Shown piece by piece: positions 27,033 through 37,179 of a DNA stretch of 64,000 bases. The position numbers and the translations under genes are program-made. The DNA lies in NCBI GenBank assembly GCA_963728915.1, contig CAVSLV010000001.1, positions 64,001-128,000 of the forward strand. The letters are read 5' to 3'. The notes under the pieces are model-generated. The model searched no databases, was not told where the DNA came from, and saw only the letters and a program-made list of their open reading frames with translations. Origin of the DNA: an uncultured Gemmatimonadales bacterium. GTDB taxonomy: Bacteria > Gemmatimonadota > Gemmatimonadetes > Gemmatimonadales > GWC2-71-9. Every line of letters begins with the position of its first letter. The stretch's first letter is position 1.

Positions 27033-27757
27033 GGCAGCACCCGGATCTTGATGTTGCGGAATGCCACCTCGTCTCCGTGGTCCTGGACCCCGATGTAGCC
27101 TACCGGGGCCTGGCCGTACTCCGGCCACTGCGCGAACTTGCTCGCCGCCACTTTCTGCTTCCATTCCGCGCTGCCCAGCTCGTAGCTCGCGATCTTCTTC
27201 CCATTGAGCCAGTGCTCGATGTGATTGCCGTTCACCAGGATTCTCGCCGTATTCCATTCGCCGACGGGTTTCACCACGCCGCGGACGGCCGGATAGAGCC
27301 CGTAGACTGAGCCGGCCGAGGTGAGCAGCGATTTCCCGTCGGGATGTCCGCCGTCGTCGAGCACCTGGAACTCGGGTGCGCTGAAATAGATCGCGCCGGA
27401 GCCGAGCGCAGCGCGATAGAAGATGCCGCTGTTGCCGTTGGGGGAGATCTTCCAGTCCACCATCAGCTCGAAATTGCGGAAGGTCTCCCGGGTGATGATG
27501 TCGCCGGCGCCTCGGCTGGCTCGGGTCATGGCCCCATCCAGCACCTGCCATCCGGTGGGCACCGAATCGGTGTCATAGCGCCGCCATCCGTCGAGGGTCC
27601 TGCCGTCGAAGAGGAGGCGCCAGCCTTCCCGTTGCTCCGCCGCGGTCAGCGTATTCGGGGCAGTCTGGGCGTTCTGCACAGGATGAGATATCCGAGATCC
27701 CGGGAACGAAAACGCCAGGATGCCGGTCAGGAGTGCCACCGATGAAGAAGATCGCAT
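27029..27757 (-). CDS. DUF1080 (3-keto-disaccharide hydrolase-like) exported protein
   Basis: NTLTAAEQREGWRLLFDGRTLDGW, GNSGIFY, EFQVLD, EHWLNG and QDHGDEVAFRNIKIR. Confidence 0.9.
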   Translation of the reverse strand: MRSSSSVALLTGILAFSFPGSRISHPVQNAQTAPNTLTAAEQREGWRLLFDGRTLDGWRRYDTDSVPTGWQVLDGAMTRASRGAGDIITRETFRNFELMVDWKISPNGNSGIFYRAALGSGAIYFSAPEFQVLDDGGHPDGKSLLTSAGSVYGLYPAVRGVVKPVGEWNTARILVNGNHIEHWLNGKKIASYELGSAEWKQKVAASKFAQWPEYGQAPVGYIGVQDHGDEVAFRNIKIRVLP

Positions 27758-27762
27758 AGACC

Positions 27763-29301
27763 TCAGACTTCCCATCCCTTCCGATACTCGCGGGTGAGGT
27801 ACTGATTCGCGTCGGGAATATTGGTGACCTGCCCGTTCGCGCCGTCGTAGAGCAGTTTGCGCCCCTGCCCGGTCCGGAGCGCGACGATTCCCAGCAACAT
27901 CGTCTCGGTGAGCTGGGCCGCGTATTCGAACGGGCAGGTCGTCTTGTTCTGGCCCTTGGCGGCGTTCACCCAGTTCATCTCGTGTGAAGTGGTGATCCGG
28001 GGATATTGCTGCGGCACCTGCCCGGTCTGGTCCATGAGCGACTGGGGATAGAGCCGTGGGTTGTCGCCGTAGGTGTCGTGCATCAGGACGCCCTTCTCGC
28101 CGTAGAAGATCACTCCGCCTTCGCTCTTCAGCACCACGTCGTCGGGCAGCACGTCGGGTCGCGGCGGATAGAGACCGCCGTCGCACCAGGTCATCTTGAG
28201 GGGCGACTCGCTGTCCCGCGCGAACTGGTAGTGCACCGTGGTCGCCACCGGATAGGTGACCGGTTTGGAGCGGGGCCGTCCGCCCGGCTCCGAGGCGGGA
28301 ACGATGCTGGTTCCCCACGGCGTTGAAGTCGCCTCGATGCTGATGGGATAATCGAGCCCGAGGGCCCAGAAGGGATGGTCGATCAGATGGGCGCCCATGT
28401 CGCCCAGGGCGCCGGCTCCGAAGTCGAGCCAGCCCCGCCAGTTGAACGGGTGATAGATCGGGTGATAGGCGATGTCTTCGGGCACCGGGCCGAGGAACAG
28501 GTCCCAGTGCAGACCATCGGGCATCTGGATCGGCGCCGCCCCCATCGCGGCGGCGAGCGTCTCGTTGACTCGACGCATCCCCCACGAAGTGCCGAACGCC
28601 GTCGAGCCCGATCCGTCAGCCGGCGCCGCGACCGGGCGGGGAATCCCCTGAGGCCAATAACCGACCGGCCGATTGGTCCAGACGTGGACTTCGCGGACCG
28701 GTCCGATCAGGCCCGCCTGGACCCATTCGTTGATGAGCCTCGCGCCGTCCCGGGAGTGGCCCTGATTCCCCATCTGGGTGGCGAGCTTCGGATTGCCGAG
28801 CGCCAGAGCGCGCAGGGTCCGCGCCTCGTGCACCGAGTAGGTGAGCGGCTTCTGCACGTAGACGTGCTTGCCGAGCTGCATCGCGCTCCTGGCGATGATC
28901 GCATGGTTGTGATCCGGCGTGGCGATGAGGACCGCTTCGATGTCCTTCTGCTTGTCGAGCATCTCGCGCCAGTCGGCGTAGCGCTTCGTCTTGGCGAATT
29001 GTTCCTGCAGCCGGATCCCCTCGGGACGGGGCTGGCCTTCGCGGTTTTTCTCCCGGCCCTGCAGCGAGTGTTCGACGTATCCGAAATCGACGTCGCAGAC
29101 CGCGACGATGGCCTCGCTGCCGAGGGCTTCGGCGTTGTTCATCCCCATCCCACCCGCCCCCACGACGGCCACGTGGAGGGTATCGCTGGGCGCCTGAAAT
29201 CCCGGCCCACCCAGAACTCGGCGGGGGAGAATCATCGCGCCGAACGCGGCCTGTCCCGCGCCGGCCACGAAGGAGCGTCTGGTGATCTTTCGGCGTGCCA
29301 T
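27763..29301 (-). CDS. Tat-exported Gfo/Idh/MocA-family oxidoreductase
   Basis: [12 protein letters not shown]at signal; [29 protein letters not shown] and GALGDMGAH. The ORF-track extension to 29946 belongs to another gene. Confidence 0.92.
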   Translation of the reverse strand: MARRKITRRSFVAGAGQAAFGAMILPRRVLGGPGFQAPSDTLHVAVVGAGGMGMNNAEALGSEAIVAVCDVDFGYVEHSLQGREKNREGQPRPEGIRLQEQFAKTKRYADWREMLDKQKDIEAVLIATPDHNHAIIARSAMQLGKHVYVQKPLTYSVHEARTLRALALGNPKLATQMGNQGHSRDGARLINEWVQAGLIGPVREVHVWTNRPVGYWPQGIPRPVAAPADGSGSTAFGTSWGMRRVNETLAAAMGAAPIQMPDGLHWDLFLGPVPEDIAYHPIYHPFNWRGWLDFGAGALGDMGAHLIDHPFWALGLDYPISIEATSTPWGTSIVPASEPGGRPRSKPVTYPVATTVHYQFARDSESPLKMTWCDGGLYPPRPDVLPDDVVLKSEGGVIFYGEKGVLMHDTYGDNPRLYPQSLMDQTGQVPQQYPRITTSHEMNWVNAAKGQNKTTCPFEYAAQLTETMLLGIVALRTGQGRKLLYDGANGQVTNIPDANQYLTREYRKGWEV

Positions 29302-29356
29302 GGCGGTGCACTCGCGAGGGGGAATTTTGGAAATGTATCCCCGCCGGGGCTGGGTG

Positions 29357-30110
29357 CTACCCCTTGGGCCGGCCTCGCACCAGATCGCCGTAGTCGGGAG
29401 GTGGGCGATCAGCCCCCCGTTCGCGGTCGTCGTTGCAAACCCACGATCGAGCTGCTCCCGGTAATGGTCCAGGAAGAAATCCAGCGGGGTGGCCGGCCCC
29501 AGGTCGCGAACCAGCAAATCGGTGGGTTGCATGGTGAGCCTCCCGAACCGCAGCGTACCGCCCTGGTAGTACATGTAGTTCCGGCTGGTGGAATCCGGAA
29601 CCACCAGCCGGGTGACCGCGTGATGAGGGGATCGAAGGACCTGGGTCATGACGTCGTCGCCGAACCCGATCTCGATCACCTGACCTCGGACGGCCGGCGC
29701 TGGCAGGTCGTTGCCTTCGGCGCGCACTCCCCGGGCCCCCTTCCAGTCGACCAGCTTCTCGAGCGACAGCCCGACCGCACCCATTGCCCTGGTCACCGGA
29801 ATGCCGATCACGTGGATCGAGGTGGTGTGAATCCGGAGATCACCAGACTCGAGCCGGGCGATGCCCCGGGTGCGAAACGGGAATCCAGGCGGCCGAAGGT
29901 CCACTACGGCGCGCTGCGCGGCGATCGCGTCGCTTCGGATGTTCACCTTGGCGGTGTCGATTTCGAATTCGAAGGACCCTTTGTCGTCAAACCAGGGCGG
30001 CTCACCAATCCGAGTTCACCCGCTCCATCTGGGTCTCGACCGTGACCTCGGGGGGTTCCCCAGGCCAAGACAGTGGAAGGCAATCCAGGATATTGGCGAC
30101 AGCGTCGACC
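29357..30110 (-). pseudogene. Decayed gene of a conserved hypothetical family (frameshifts, in-frame stop, apparent internal deletions)
   Basis: Fragments in different frames: [37 protein letters not shown]...[17 protein letters not shown]...[11 protein letters not shown]...GGLIAHL, then a one-base shift to [13 protein letters not shown] (TAG 29359-29357). The 5' boundary is approximate. Confidence 0.6.
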
Positions 30111-30213
30111 TCCGGAAATCAGTCCGCCCTCTCCAAAGGAGACGAATCTGGGGCGGTGCGGTGGGGGTTCGAGGCGGGCGTCCCCCCTGAGGACGCACCG
30201 CAGGAAGGATGGG

Positions 30214-30552
30214 ATGTCAAAACGGGCGAATCCGTGGACCGGCGCCCCTCGAGCCGGAATCACGTTGTTGTTCCTGCTGTTCAGCGCATGGGCGTGTGTT
30301 CCGGCGCCCGACCCGCCCGCCGACGTTCTCTTTGTCGACCGGCAGCCTCCGCCTCCTCTGGGAGAAAACGTGGGTCTCCCTCCCCGGCCCGGTGTCGTGT
30401 GGCGGCGAGGCGTGTGGCGCTGGGACGGAAACGACTATCAATGGGTGCCCGGCCAGTGGGTGGTGCTCCCGGTCCGACAGGCGGCATGGGTGCCCGGTCG
30501 TTGGGTCAGGACTCGGCGAGGCTGGTATTTCGTGGAAGGCCACTGGCGGTGA
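30214..30552 (+). CDS. YXWGXW/WXXGXW-repeat small lipoprotein
   Basis: Signal ending AWAC; repeats VWRRGVW, QWVPGQW, AWVPGRW and FVEGHWR. Confidence 0.85.
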   Translation: MSKRANPWTGAPRAGITLLFLLFSAWACVPAPDPPADVLFVDRQPPPPLGENVGLPPRPGVVWRRGVWRWDGNDYQWVPGQWVVLPVRQAAWVPGRWVRTRRGWYFVEGHWR

Positions 30553-30574
30553 CAATCCACACCGCCAGGTCAGT

Positions 30575-32998
30575 TCACTGTCGGGTACTCTGGAGCGTTC
30601 CCAGAAGGTCGACCAGAACGGTCGGATCGACCGGCTTCACCAGGTGGGAGTCGAAGCCGGCTTCCCAGGAGCGACGCTTCGCCTCTTCCTGACCCCAGCC
30701 GGTCACCGCGATGAGCAGCAGGTTTCGCCCCCACGCCTGCTGGCGAACCTGCTGGGCGGTCTCGTAGCCGTTCAAACCGGGGAGACCGATGTCGAGCAGC
30801 ATGACGTGCGGGTGAAAATCACCCGCCGTTTCGATCGCATCGCGGCTGTCGTACACCACGCGTGCTACGTGGCCGTGCAGGGTGAGAAGGGCTCCAAGGC
30901 TGTCCGCCGCATCACGGTTGTCGTCCACGATCATGATCCGCAGCGGATTCGAGGTCCGCTGGACCCCATGGTGCGCTGCTGCGGCGGTGGGAATGGCCTC
31001 CACCGGGACCGGGATCATGGGGAGTCGAACCGTGAATTCACTCCCCTTGCCGGGACCTTCGCTCTTCGCGTCGATGGTGCCGCCGTGCATCTCGACCAAT
31101 CGTTGCGCCAGGGTGAGACCGATGCCCAGGCCGCCTCTGGCCTTGGTCGTCGAATCGTCGACCTGGGTGAACATGTCAAACACCCGCGACAACATCGGCG
31201 ACGGAATGCCGATGCCGTTGTCCGACACCCGGAGGAGGACCTCCGAATCCTGGCGCCCGATCTCCACCCGGATCCGGCCGCTCTCCGGGGTGTACTTCGC
31301 GGCGTTGTTGAGGAGATTGCCAAGGACCTGGGCCAGGCGGGTCGGATCGCCATGGACCCAAAGAGGAGTCTCGGGAATGGAGACCTGGAGCTCGTGATCG
31401 CTCGCGGCGAGCGCCGGACGACTTGCCTCGATCGCAGCCTGGAGGATCGCGTTGATTTCCACCGGCTCTCGCCGGAGAATGAGTTTGGCGTTGGAGATCC
31501 GTGATACATCGAGCAGGTCGTCGATGAGGCGGGCCATCTGGGCAATCTGACGATCGATGACCGAAAGGGGCGCGGCAAGCTCGGGAAGGCTGCTCGAGGT
31601 GAGATGGACCATCTCCACCGCGGTGCGGATCGGCGCCAGGGGGTTCCTGAGCTCGTGAGAGAGGATCGCCAGGAACCGGTTCTTGGCCCGGTCCATTTCC
31701 TGAAGCTCGGTATAGAGTCGCCCCCGATCGAGGAAGTCGACTCCGAGCTGCACCGTGACATCCACCAGGTTGAGCTCGCCGCTGTTGCCGGCAAGCGAGT
31801 GGCGGAAGAACGTGGTCAGCACGCCGATGATCTGACCGGCGCCGCCGAGCAAGGGCGTGGCCTGGAGCCCGCGATACCCGGCTTGCCGGATCGGATTCTC
31901 CTGGGAGTCCTCTTCAGCGGAGAGGTCTTCCTCGATCACCCGCGTCCGGGTGGTGAGACACCGGCCAATCACCCCCTCGCCGCCTGGTATCCGCTCCAGC
32001 GAGGTCATGAGCTGGGCAGGGAGCCGGAAGGTTGCCGCCGGTCGCAACGTGCCATCCTCGGGGCTCACCAGGGAGACCAGGCCGGCATCGGCATCCTGGA
32101 TAGTCGCGGCGGTCCGGACCAGATCGTTGAGAATGACCTGGTGGTCGAGCTCGCTGGCCAGGCGACCACTCATGTCCAGGATGTGCCGGAGCCCTCGTTG
32201 TTGCCGCCTTGGCCCGGTGATGTCGCGCGCGATGCTGGAGGCGCCCAGCATTCTTCCGTCAGCCGCCACGATGGGGGAGACCGTCAGCGAAACGTCCAGC
32301 CGCCGTCCGTCCTTGGCGACCCGGGCGGTTTCATAGTTGCCGATCCGCTCGCCCTTCCGGATCCGGCTCAGGATTTCCTCCTCGGCCCCGCGCTCTTCGG
32401 GCGGCACGATCAGGGTGATCGGCGCTCCGATGGCCTCCTGCGAGGTGAACCCGAAAAGCCGGACGGCTTCCTGGTTCCAGGACAGGATGGTCCCGTCCAG
32501 GGTCTTGGAATAGATCGCGTCCCCGGACGATTCCACCAGCGCGGCCAGCCGGGCCTGGGCGTCGGTGGCGCGCTTGGGCTCGGTGATGTCGGTGATCAGG
32601 TTGATGCACCCGGTTACCCGTCCTTCGGAATCGAGGATCGGGTTCGCGTGGGCGAGGGCGATCCACCGGCTCCCGTCCGCACGTTCGATTTCGATCTCCT
32701 GGCCGAGGTACGGGCGACCTTCGCGGACCGCTCGAGCCATCCAGCACTGATCGTGGGGAATTGGCTGCCCGGTCCGGGCGTCCCACAACCGGAACGATCC
32801 GCACCAGCGATCCGCTGTGCTGCCCAGAGCAGGGGCGCGACCCCAGGCAGCGACCGCGGCCTGGTTGTAGTAGGTGATCTGTCCCAGAGCATCGCAGAAG
32901 TAGGCACCGATGGGGATGCTCTCGAGGGCTCGCAGGATGGCGGTGAACTCCGGGGAGGAGTCCTGCTGCTCTGGAATTGGCGAGCCGGTCCTGTCCAT
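30575..32998 (-). CDS. Cytoplasmic hybrid histidine kinase (PAS-PAS-GAF-HisKA-HATPase-REC)
   Basis: Two PAS/PAC domains, GAF, LSHELRNPLAP, NLLNNAAKY, DNGIGI, GLGIGL, and a receiver (VDDN...LLDIGLP...KP). Confidence 0.92.
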   Translation of the reverse strand: MDRTGSPIPEQQDSSPEFTAILRALESIPIGAYFCDALGQITYYNQAAVAAWGRAPALGSTADRWCGSFRLWDARTGQPIPHDQCWMARAVREGRPYLGQEIEIERADGSRWIALAHANPILDSEGRVTGCINLITDITEPKRATDAQARLAALVESSGDAIYSKTLDGTILSWNQEAVRLFGFTSQEAIGAPITLIVPPEERGAEEEILSRIRKGERIGNYETARVAKDGRRLDVSLTVSPIVAADGRMLGASSIARDITGPRRQQRGLRHILDMSGRLASELDHQVILNDLVRTAATIQDADAGLVSLVSPEDGTLRPAATFRLPAQLMTSLERIPGGEGVIGRCLTTRTRVIEEDLSAEEDSQENPIRQAGYRGLQATPLLGGAGQIIGVLTTFFRHSLAGNSGELNLVDVTVQLGVDFLDRGRLYTELQEMDRAKNRFLAILSHELRNPLAPIRTAVEMVHLTSSSLPELAAPLSVIDRQIAQMARLIDDLLDVSRISNAKLILRREPVEINAILQAAIEASRPALAASDHELQVSIPETPLWVHGDPTRLAQVLGNLLNNAAKYTPESGRIRVEIGRQDSEVLLRVSDNGIGIPSPMLSRVFDMFTQVDDSTTKARGGLGIGLTLAQRLVEMHGGTIDAKSEGPGKGSEFTVRLPMIPVPVEAIPTAAAAHHGVQRTSNPLRIMIVDDNRDAADSLGALLTLHGHVARVVYDSRDAIETAGDFHPHVMLLDIGLPGLNGYETAQQVRQQAWGRNLLLIAVTGWGQEEAKRRSWEAGFDSHLVKPVDPTVLVDLLGTLQSTRQ

Positions 32999-33203
32999 GC
33001 GGAACCTTTTCTCCCGAAACCGGTACGCTGATTTTGCCTCTATCCTGGGCTTCGAGCAAGGGGTGGGGACGACAACCGGTCGTCCACGATGCACCGGGCG
33101 GCGTGGCCCCCCGAATTCCGCCTGGAAACAGAGCGGGTTTTTCCGCCGAGCATGGAAGGGAATTGGGTGGTGCCGCGGCGAGAGTTCGGGAACAGCTTTG
33201 GTC

Positions 33204-34736
33204 GTGCTCGCCCGCCTCCGTTCCGCCGCCACCCTCGGTATCGACGCGTACCTGGTGGATGTGGAGGTCGATCTCACCAATGGATTGCCTTCCTTCGCCA
33301 CGGTGGGCCTTCCCCACGGCGCGGTCAAGGAGGGCAGAGAACGGGTAGGCGCCGCGCTGGTCAATTCGGGATTCGAATTCCCGCTCAAACGGATCACCGT
33401 GAACCTGGCCCCGGCCGATATCCGGAAGGACGGCTCCGCGTTCGATCTTCCGATTGCCCTCGGCGTGCTAACGGCCAGCCAGCAGCTTCCCCCCGCGGCG
33501 TTCGAGCGCTCCGTTTTTCTTGGCGAGCTCGGGCTCCAGGGCGATCTCCGGCCGGTGCGTGGCGCGCTCTCCATGGTCCTGGCGGCGCGAAATGCGGGAG
33601 CGCGGGAGATCGTGGTGCCGATCGGCAATCTTCCCGAAGCCGCGGTAGTCGACGGGATCGCGGTGGTGGGGATCGAATCGCTGAGTCAGATGGTCCAGCA
33701 TCTGCGCGGCACTGCACCATGCTCTCCGACCCGCATCGACCCCCGCGCCTGGATCAGGGCGAGCACCGGGCCGGAGGAGGCGGACTTCGCCGACGTTCGG
33801 GGCCAGCGGGCCGTCAAGCGGGCGCTGGAAGTGGCGGCGGCCGGGGCGCACAACATTCTGCTGATCGGGCCACCTGGCGCCGGAAAAACGATGCTGGCCC
33901 GGCGGCTCCCGTCCATCCTGCCTGGACTCGAGCTCGACGAGGCGATCGAGATCACCCGGATCCATTCGGTGGCCGGGCTCCTTCCCGCAGAAACCGCCCT
34001 GCTCGGGGCTCGCCCCTTTCGTGCTCCCCATCATACCATCAGTGACGCGGGCCTGATCGGGGGCGGGTCGGTGCCCCGGCCGGGCGAAGTGAGCCTCGCC
34101 CACGGGGGAGTCCTGTTCCTGGACGAGCTCCCGGAGTTCCATCGCCACGTGCTCGAGGTTCTCCGCCAGCCGCTCGAAGACGGACACGTCACGGTGAGCC
34201 GGGCCAGCGCCCGGCTCGAGTTTCCGGCGCGGTTCACCCTGGTCGCGGCGATGAATCCGTGTCCCTGTGGCCACCTGGGCTCGGCTCGCAAGACGTGTCA
34301 TTGCGGTCAGGCCGTCATCGAGCGCTATCGGTCCCGCATTTCGGGTCCCCTGCTCGACCGGATCGACCTGCATCTCCAGGTTCCCGCGCTGCCGTTCGAA
34401 GAGTTTGCCGCGGAGCGGGATGGGGAATCGAGCGCCAGGGTGCGCGAACGGGTCGACGCGGCACGAGCCCGGCAGCGCGACCGGCTGCGTCATCGCGGCG
34501 GCGTACTGACCAATGCCTCGCTCACCTCGCGCGAAGTGAGACGGTACTGTCCCCAGACCCCGGCCATCGCCGAGCTGCTCCGGCTCGCGATGGAGCGGCT
34601 GGGGCTGTCAGCGCGCGGGTGCTACCGGATTCTCAAGGTCGCGCGCACGATTGCCGATCTTGCCGGTGGCGACGTCCTCGATCCCGCCCATGTTCGCGAA
34701 GCCCTTCAGTATCGCGGGCTCGCAGCGGCACGGTAA
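33204..34736 (+). CDS. comM: YifB/ComM-family Mg-chelatase-like AAA+ ATPase
   Basis: ITVNLAPADIRKDGSAFDLPIA, GPPGAGKT, RAPHHTIS, LFLDELPEF, AAMNPCPCG and SGPLLDRID. Confidence 0.92.
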   Translation: MLARLRSAATLGIDAYLVDVEVDLTNGLPSFATVGLPHGAVKEGRERVGAALVNSGFEFPLKRITVNLAPADIRKDGSAFDLPIALGVLTASQQLPPAAFERSVFLGELGLQGDLRPVRGALSMVLAARNAGAREIVVPIGNLPEAAVVDGIAVVGIESLSQMVQHLRGTAPCSPTRIDPRAWIRASTGPEEADFADVRGQRAVKRALEVAAAGAHNILLIGPPGAGKTMLARRLPSILPGLELDEAIEITRIHSVAGLLPAETALLGARPFRAPHHTISDAGLIGGGSVPRPGEVSLAHGGVLFLDELPEFHRHVLEVLRQPLEDGHVTVSRASARLEFPARFTLVAAMNPCPCGHLGSARKTCHCGQAVIERYRSRISGPLLDRIDLHLQVPALPFEEFAAERDGESSARVRERVDAARARQRDRLRHRGGVLTNASLTSREVRRYCPQTPAIAELLRLAMERLGLSARGCYRILKVARTIADLAGGDVLDPAHVREALQYRGLAAAR

Positions 34737-34805
34737 CGCCATCGGGTCCGGCCTTTCCCACTTCCTCGCCGTATCTTTGGAAGTCTTCTTCGATTCGAGG
34801 TTCCC

Positions 34806-35891
34806 GTGCGTTCCTCCCTCGCCCTGTTCGGGCTGCTGCTCCCCACGATGGTCCTGGCCCAAACCCGCCAACCGCGCCCCCCGGTGCCCATGGACTCGGC
34901 TCGGGCGGCCCAGCTCTACGTCAGCACTCGCCCGGAGGATCATCCCCCGACCAACTTCGCCCGGGACATCGCCGCGAAGCGCGCGACCGACAGCATCTAC
35001 GCCGCCCGGAGCGCCGGGGTCATGGAGTTCCGCAAGGTGACCTACAAGAGCAGCGCCGACGGGCTGGAAATCCCCGCCTACCTCTTTGCTCCCCTGACCC
35101 CGCGTGGTCCCCGGGGGCACGCCGCGATGGTCTGGGTCCACGGGGGGGTGCACGGCAACTGGGGCGAAACCATGTACCCGTTCGTGCGCGAAGCCGTCGA
35201 GCGCGGCTACGTCATCATCACCCCCGACTACCGCGGCAGCACCGGCTATGGGGCGAAGTGGTACAACCTCATCGACTACGGTGGCAAGGAGCTGGACGAC
35301 GTGGTGTCCGCGGTGGACTTTCTCAAGACGCTCCCCGATGTCGACCCCGACCGGATCGGCATCATGGGCTGGAGTCACGGCGGGTTCATCACCGCGAACC
35401 TCCTCTTTCGCGAGCAGCACCCCTTCAAGGCCGGCGCCGCGATCGTCCCGGTGACCAACCTGGTCTTTCGCCTGAGCTACAAGGGTCCCGGGTACCAGCG
35501 ATTGTACGCGACCCAGACCGGGTTCCAGGGGTTGCCCTTCGAGAAGCGCGACGAATACATCGCGCGCTCGCCGCTCTACAACGTCGAGAAGCTCAAGGTG
35601 CCGATGCTGGTGCACGTGGCGACCAACGACCTCGATGTGGACTATGTCGAAGATCAGCAGCTGGTCTGGAAGCTCCGCGCCCTGAAGCCCGACCTCGCCG
35701 AGACCAGGATCTATGTCGATCCCCCGACCTGGGGGTCATCCGGCGGCCACGCCTTCAGCCGGCGGGTCGATCCTAACACGCTGGAACGGGTCGATTCTCC
35801 CGAGCAGATCGATTCCTGGAACCGGACCTGGGTGTTCTTCGAATGGATCCTCCGCCCCTACGAGGGGGCCCAGAAACCCAAGGCGGAATAA
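34806..35891 (+). CDS. Exported S9 (prolyl oligopeptidase-like) alpha/beta hydrolase
   Basis: Signal peptide; VHGG, PDYRGSTGYG, nucleophile GWSHGG, and Asp/His at NDLDV and GHAF. Confidence 0.9.
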   Translation: MRSSLALFGLLLPTMVLAQTRQPRPPVPMDSARAAQLYVSTRPEDHPPTNFARDIAAKRATDSIYAARSAGVMEFRKVTYKSSADGLEIPAYLFAPLTPRGPRGHAAMVWVHGGVHGNWGETMYPFVREAVERGYVIITPDYRGSTGYGAKWYNLIDYGGKELDDVVSAVDFLKTLPDVDPDRIGIMGWSHGGFITANLLFREQHPFKAGAAIVPVTNLVFRLSYKGPGYQRLYATQTGFQGLPFEKRDEYIARSPLYNVEKLKVPMLVHVATNDLDVDYVEDQQLVWKLRALKPDLAETRIYVDPPTWGSSGGHAFSRRVDPNTLERVDSPEQIDSWNRTWVFFEWILRPYEGAQKPKAE

Positions 35892-36060
35892 CAGTCCCGG
35901 GCGCTCTGCGACCGTTGCGGGCTCGCAACACCAGCGGGCTATCCGGCCCTCCCGGGCCCGGCGCAATCCTGACCCCTCGGCCTCGGCATGGTTGTTGAGG
36001 GACAGGATCGAACCATTCCACCCACGGGGGTTCGATTTGGATCGCGGCTCGACGAGCCAG

Positions 36061-37167
36061 GTGCCCGACCATGCCACTGGCAAGAGTGCCAGGCGGTATG
36101 GGTCGCGCCCGGGGGCGAATGCCTGGGATCCCTTCGAGCTCGAGCTGCTCGGGGCCCGGATTCTCCTGGTGGACGACGAGCCCGCCAACCTTTCGCTGCT
36201 TCGCCGTGCCCTGGTGCGCGCCGGTTACACCAACATCCTCGAGACCTCGGATCCGCTCCAGGTGTACTCGCTCTTCCAGGAGCATCACCCCGATCTCATG
36301 TGTCTCGACCTTCGGATGGCGCCGCTGGATGGCCTGGGTGTGCTCAATCAGCTCGCCCCGCTGATTTCCCGCGATACCTACTTCCCGATCCTGATGCTGA
36401 CCGGCGATACCTCTCCGCAGGCCAAGCAGGAAGCCCTGTCGCTCGGCGCGAAGGACTTTCTGACCAAGCCATTCGACATTCAGGAGGTCCTGCTCCGGAT
36501 CCACAATCTGCTGGTGCCCCGGTTCCTCCACCTCCATCTCCAGCACCAGAACGATTTCCTGGAGGTGCGGGTTCAGGCGCGGACCCGAGCGCTGGAAGAG
36601 GCGCGTCTCGAGGTCTTCGAGCGGCTGGGACGCGCGGCCGAGTATCGGGATGACAACACCGGTCAACACGTGCGGCGGGTGGGCCGGACGGCAGGTCTTC
36701 TTGCTGGGGCGATCGGACTGGATCCGACCGCGGTCGAGCTGATTCAGCGCGCCGCCACCCTCCACGATGTCGGCAAGATCGGGGTGCCCGACGAGATCCT
36801 GCTCAAACCCGATCGCCTGACGGTCGAGGAGTTCGAAGTGATGAAGCGGCACACCACGATCGGAGCGGGGATTCTCTCGGGAGGAAGCTCCGACCTGATC
36901 CATGCCGCCGAGGACGTGGCGCTCAATCATCACGAGTGGTGGAATGGAGCCGGCTACCCCGGCGGCAAGGCGGGGGAAGACATCCCCCTGGCCGCCCGCA
37001 TCGTGGGGCTGGCCGACGTGTTCGATGCCCTGAGTCACTCCCGTCCCTATCGCGATGCGTGGCCGCTTCCCAGGGTGCTGGGGTGCCTGCGGGAAGAGAG
37101 CGGAACCCATTTCGATCCGGAGCTGGTGGAGGCCTTTTCCCGGCTCCCCCACGAACGGCTGATCTGA
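36061..37167 (+). CDS. REC plus HD-GYP cyclic-dinucleotide phosphodiesterase (RpfG-like); start uncertain
   Basis: ILLVDDE...CLDLRM...KPF receiver; HVRRV, LHDVGKIG, HHEWWNGAGYP and ADVFDAL...RPY. Confidence 0.9.
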   Translation: MPDHATGKSARRYGSRPGANAWDPFELELLGARILLVDDEPANLSLLRRALVRAGYTNILETSDPLQVYSLFQEHHPDLMCLDLRMAPLDGLGVLNQLAPLISRDTYFPILMLTGDTSPQAKQEALSLGAKDFLTKPFDIQEVLLRIHNLLVPRFLHLHLQHQNDFLEVRVQARTRALEEARLEVFERLGRAAEYRDDNTGQHVRRVGRTAGLLAGAIGLDPTAVELIQRAATLHDVGKIGVPDEILLKPDRLTVEEFEVMKRHTTIGAGILSGGSSDLIHAAEDVALNHHEWWNGAGYPGGKAGEDIPLAARIVGLADVFDALSHSRPYRDAWPLPRVLGCLREESGTHFDPELVEAFSRLPHERLI

Positions 37168-37179
37168 TCCGGCGGTTGG

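Noticed and set aside
27763..29946. 727-aa fusion of an unknown domain to a Gfo/Idh/MocA oxidoreductase
   Set aside because: An internal Tat signal at 29301 marks the real start. The upstream part is a frameshifted pseudogene reading through.
32999..33628. N-terminal extensions of the kinase and comM ORFs overlapping each other
   Set aside because: Homology starts at about 32998 (kinase) and 33204 (comM). The extensions are open-frame run-ons across a divergent promoter region.
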